Origin: a virus
Taxonomy: Duplodnaviria > Caudoviricetes
Reading direction: 5' to 3' (one strand)
DNA: 27,460 nucleotides
Virus record (IMG/VR): IMGVR_UViG_3300031460_000008
Coordinates: 1-27,460 of that record
The position numbers were made by a program, and so were the translations under genes. Shown here in pieces: positions 24,624 through 27,460 of this stretch. Numbering within the stretch: position 1 is the first letter of the stretch; each line of letters starts with the position of its first letter. The notes under the pieces were generated by a model. That model worked only from the letters and a program-made list of their open reading frames with translations. It made no database searches and had not been told where the DNA came from.

Positions 24624-24859
24624 GTATTATCGACGCCTACGTCCACATCATGTGCAATCAATGCCAGGACGAAGAAGAGGTTGATCTGCCGTTCGTCTAC
24701 ATGAACCAGTTTGGCGGCGGAGGACACTACGACCATCGGAAGCCGCGACTTCCAAGAGGATGGGTAAAGACTGGCGAAGACGAACACCTCTGCGAGGATT
24801 GCGCCGCCGCCCGTGACGAGAGGCTGATGGCGAAGGGAGGCGGGGATGGCGAAACCTGA
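24620..24859 (+). CDS. Small zinc-ribbon protein
   Basis: CNQC...GW...HLCEDC; GTGA overlap with a GGAGGGGG ribosome-binding site. Confidence 0.6.
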   Translation: MSIIDAYVHIMCNQCQDEEEVDLPFVYMNQFGGGGHYDHRKPRLPRGWVKTGEDEHLCEDCAAARDERLMAKGGGDGET

Positions 24860-25004
24860 AACCGAAAGCGCGGAATCTTGCCTCCAAACTATGTTCCTTC
24901 TAGCGGCGCGCTATGAAGGGAAACGAGCGGAAACGAGCGTGAATAGTACAGAGACTTACCCGCGCTACACGTAGTAATGTGTGCCGTCTAAACAGGAGAT
25001 GGCA

Positions 25005-25430
25005 ATGCCGACTGTCGTTGAGCGCAAGGGAAGATTTACCGCCCAGGTCAGGTTAAGAGGCTTTCAGTCGAGAGCGCGCACGTTTGACACCCATGCCGGG
25101 GCGCTAGATTGGGGAAAGCGGATTGAGGCAATCATGGGGTCAGGCTCTCAAGTGTCAGATCCAGAGCCAAAAGATGTAACAGAGCGAGCCTATGAGAGTT
25201 GTGGAGTTTACTTCCTGTTCAAGGGTTCAGAGTGCGTATATGTCGGCCAATCTCTCAACGTAAATCGCAGAATGCGCGATCACAGAACCAGGATTGATTT
25301 CGACGTTTACACTTGGACACCTGTTGCGCCAGCCCAACTAGCTGTCGTCGAACGAATGTACATCAACGCTCTGCGGCCGGTTCATAATCACATGCACGTC
25401 ATCAAACCGAGGGTCAGGGACCGCCAATGA
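25005..25430 (+). CDS. Integrase arm-binding-like domain fused to a GIY-YIG nuclease
   Basis: MPTVVERKGRFTAQVRLRGFQSRARTFDT..GALDWGKRIE, then GVYFL...VYVGQS.NV.RRMRDH...E..YI....PVHN; AGGAG ribosome-binding site. Confidence 0.75.
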   Translation: MPTVVERKGRFTAQVRLRGFQSRARTFDTHAGALDWGKRIEAIMGSGSQVSDPEPKDVTERAYESCGVYFLFKGSECVYVGQSLNVNRRMRDHRTRIDFDVYTWTPVAPAQLAVVERMYINALRPVHNHMHVIKPRVRDRQ

Positions 25431-25831
25431 TCGACACGGCTGAGATCCGGCCCGATACGCCGATCCGCCTCGCCGAGGCGGCGCTATATGCTTTCCCGAA
25501 CGGCGGCATGACGGCCGCCGGGCTGCGAAAGGAACGTGACCGGGGACACCTGAAAACCTACCGTGTGGCCGGCAAGGAGTTTACGACGCCACTTGATATC
25601 GAAAGGATGCTGGACCTGTGCCGAACCCATCCAAGGGCGCTCGCCTCTATCTCCGCGCGGCCAACGGCCGACGAAACGCCGTCTGGCTCATCCGCGATGG
25701 AGAGCGGGTCGAAAGCACTGGATGCTCTGCTGATGAGCGTGGACAAGCTGAGCAACGGCTCGCGGACTACATCAAGACGAAGCACCGGCCGATCCGACAG
25801 AACCAACGTCATCCCTCTCAAATCGCCATAG
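25427..25831 (+). CDS. xis: Excisionase / recombination directionality factor
   Basis: PIRLAEAA..AFPNGGMTAAGLRKERDRGHL..YRVAGKEFTT..DIERM...CR winged-HTH-like N-terminus, directly upstream of and overlapping int. Confidence 0.75.
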   Translation: MIDTAEIRPDTPIRLAEAALYAFPNGGMTAAGLRKERDRGHLKTYRVAGKEFTTPLDIERMLDLCRTHPRALASISARPTADETPSGSSAMESGSKALDALLMSVDKLSNGSRTTSRRSTGRSDRTNVIPLKSP

Positions 25832-26682
25832 CCGACGTGCTGGCGATCTACCTCGAGGATCGAGCCATGAGTGTGGCCAGGCCGAACGAGCTGGCACAAC
25901 GCGTGAGGGCGCTCGGCCTGTTCTTCGGCGCCCGCCCCCTGTCCGCAATCAACGGAGCCCTATGCCGGGCCTACGTCAGGAAGCGCGAGTCCGTCTCGCT
26001 TGCTCGGCGCGAGTTGGAGGACCTTCGGGCCGCGATCAAATATCACCGCAGCGAGGGGTTGTGCTCCGAGGTCATCGAAGTGGTGCTGCCCGAGAAATCG
26101 GTTCCGCGCGATCGCTGGCTGACGCGGAATGAGGCCGCGCGGCTGCTATGGGCGGCGTGGAAGGGTGGTCAAGGAAAGCGCAAGCATGTCGCTAGGTTCA
26201 TCCTCGTCGGCCTCTACACGGGGACGCGCGCCACCGCGATCTGCCAGGCAGCGATGCGTCCCACCGTCGGCCGGGGCTATGTCGACCTCGATCGCGGCGT
26301 GTTCTACCGCCGACCGCCCGAGACCCGCGAGACAAAGAAGCGCCAGCCCTATGTCCGCTTGAACCGCAAGCTGATCGATCACCTCCGGCGCTGGCACCGG
26401 GCCGGGAAAAGCCGAGAAGCGATCGTCGAGTGGAAGGGAGCGCCGATAACCCGCATGGCGAAGGGTTTCCGCGAGGCGGCGCGTGACGCCGGGCTCGACG
26501 GTGTGACCCCGCATATCCTGCGACACACAGCGATCACATGGGCCATGCAGGGCGGCGCCGACCGATGGGAGGTGGCCGGAATGTTCGGTCTCACCATGGA
26601 GATGATCGAGCGCGTCTACGGGCATCACGATCCCGACCAAGGGGCCAGCGTTCATGCCGCAATCAGCCGAAAACGCAGATAA
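25618..26682 (+). CDS. int: Tyrosine integrase
   Basis: LYTGTR (Arg), ETKKR (Lys), HILRHT (HxxR) and VYGH (Tyr); ends 70 bp from the tRNA 3' end. Confidence 0.95.
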   Translation: MPNPSKGARLYLRAANGRRNAVWLIRDGERVESTGCSADERGQAEQRLADYIKTKHRPIRQNQRHPSQIAIADVLAIYLEDRAMSVARPNELAQRVRALGLFFGARPLSAINGALCRAYVRKRESVSLARRELEDLRAAIKYHRSEGLCSEVIEVVLPEKSVPRDRWLTRNEAARLLWAAWKGGQGKRKHVARFILVGLYTGTRATAICQAAMRPTVGRGYVDLDRGVFYRRPPETRETKKRQPYVRLNRKLIDHLRRWHRAGKSREAIVEWKGAPITRMAKGFREAARDAGLDGVTPHILRHTAITWAMQGGADRWEVAGMFGLTMEMIERVYGHHDPDQGASVHAAISRKRR

Positions 26683-26752
26683 CTTGGGTGCGTTCCTGGG
26701 TGCTACGATAGCGGCCGCGCCGCGCAACTGCCGAAATCATGAGGTAAATCAG

Positions 26753-26829
26753 TGGTCGGAGTGATAGGATTCGAACCTACGACCCCCTCGTCCCGAACGA
26801 GGTGCGCTACCAGACTGCGCTACACTCCG
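26753..26829 (-). tRNA. tRNA-Pro (anticodon CGG); probable prophage attachment site
   Basis: Reverse complement CGGAGTGTAGCGCAGTCTGGTAGCGCACCTCGTTCGGGACGAGGGGGTCGTAGGTTCGAATCCTATCACTCCGACCA: full cloverleaf, anticodon loop TT-CGG-GA, encoded CCA. Confidence 0.97.
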
Positions 26830-26863
26830 ACACTGCCGGGCGACCATGGCGTCCGGTGCGAGG

Positions 26864-26892
26864 CTTATAGCGGGCCTGGGGGGTCGTCGCAA
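26864..26892 (-). promoter_or_regulatory. Sigma70-like promoter of tRNA-Pro
   Basis: Minus strand TTGCGA-17 nt-TATAAG, about 35 nt upstream of the tRNA. Confidence 0.6.
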
Positions 26893-26984
26893 GCTGATCT
26901 TGATCGCGAGGCAGGGCCGTCGCCCGAAGACGTCCGCCCTCGCAGCACGCGGACACGACGTCCCCCGCGCGCAGGCCTTCCCGG

Positions 26985-27460
26985 TCACCGTCCCCGTGTC
27001 GCCACCCAGATCACCTGCCGCGCGCCGCGCTTACCGTTGGCCCGGACGGTCGAGGCCGCGACCGCGAAGCCGGTGCGGCGCAGGCGGAGCGTGAAGGCGT
27101 CGTCGGGCACCGATGACCAGACGGCCAGCGCGCCACCCGGACGGAGCGCCGTCCAGGCGCTGCCGAGGCCGGCCGCGCCATAGAGCGCGTCGTTGCCCCG
27201 GCGGGTCAGGCCGTCCGGGCCGTTGTCGACATCGAGCAGGATGACGTCGTAGCGGGGCTCGGCGTTGCGGATGAGTTGCCCCACGTCGCCCTCGTGGATC
27301 AGCACGCGCGGGTCCTCGAGGCTGCCCGCATGGATCGCGGCCAGCGGCCCGCGCCCCCAGGCCACCACGGCCGGCACCAGTTCGGCCACCGTGACGGCCG
27401 CCTCGGGGCCGAGCAACGCCAACGCGGCCCGCAGCGTAAAACCCATGCCGAGGCCGCCGA
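26985..27460 (-). CDS. Host spermidine-synthase-like SAM-dependent methyltransferase (5'-truncated)
   Basis: GGLGMGFTL SAM-binding motif at the window edge, VAELVP, GDV and ILLDVDNGP; visibly higher GC than the prophage. Confidence 0.85.
   Translation of the reverse strand, partial: GGLGMGFTLRAALALLGPEAAVTVAELVPAVVAWGRGPLAAIHAGSLEDPRVLIHEGDVGQLIRNAEPRYDVILLDVDNGPDGLTRRGNDALYGAAGLGSAWTALRPGGALAVWSSVPDDAFTLRLRRTGFAVAASTVRANGKRGARQVIWVATRGR

Larger units (their letters stand above)
1..26752. mobile_element. Prophage, right-hand part, integrated at tRNA-Pro
   Basis: int/xis adjacent to the tRNA 3' end, cI/cro switch, and replication, terminase, portal and gpF genes in lambdoid order. Confidence 0.95.

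Noticed and set aside
24880-24910. Possible alphaproteobacterial LexA box upstream of the GIY-YIG gene
   Set aside because: Only one GTTC half-site; no GTTC-N7-GTTC direct repeat.
26749-27183. ORFs 26752..27183 (+) and 26749..26988 (-)
   Set aside because: They overlap the tRNA-Pro gene and the host methyltransferase; spurious.

Overview
About 26.7 kb of this window is one end of a temperate, lambdoid-like prophage of a high-GC alphaproteobacterium (Hyphomicrobiales-like, inferred from the MucR, GapR and xis/int types). It abuts the 3' end of a tRNA-Pro(CGG) gene (26753-26829, minus strand), followed by a host spermidine-synthase-like methyltransferase gene. From right to left the prophage contains: integrase and overlapping xis; an early rightward operon of small accessory genes; an immunity region (cI, cro, shared 15-bp operators); a long leftward early/replication operon (micro membrane proteins, GapR fusion, AAA+ ATPase, MucR, DnaA-C HTH, VRR-NUC, Cas4-like nuclease, putative SSB, primase-helicase with an iteron-rich origin); a NusG-like late regulator; terminase; portal; and a Mu gpF-like head protein running off the left edge. 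The two strongest candidates for an undescribed system are (1) a portal protein with a ~255-aa C-terminal cargo ending in an R-S-E ADP-ribosyltransferase-like domain behind an A-x-D / HPRxxxGQF motif, and (2) a two-gene cassette just downstream of cI encoding an unannotated Pro-rich 52-aa peptide translationally coupled to a 2-TM SLATT-like protein. All family assignments come from motif recognition by eye; no database searches were run.
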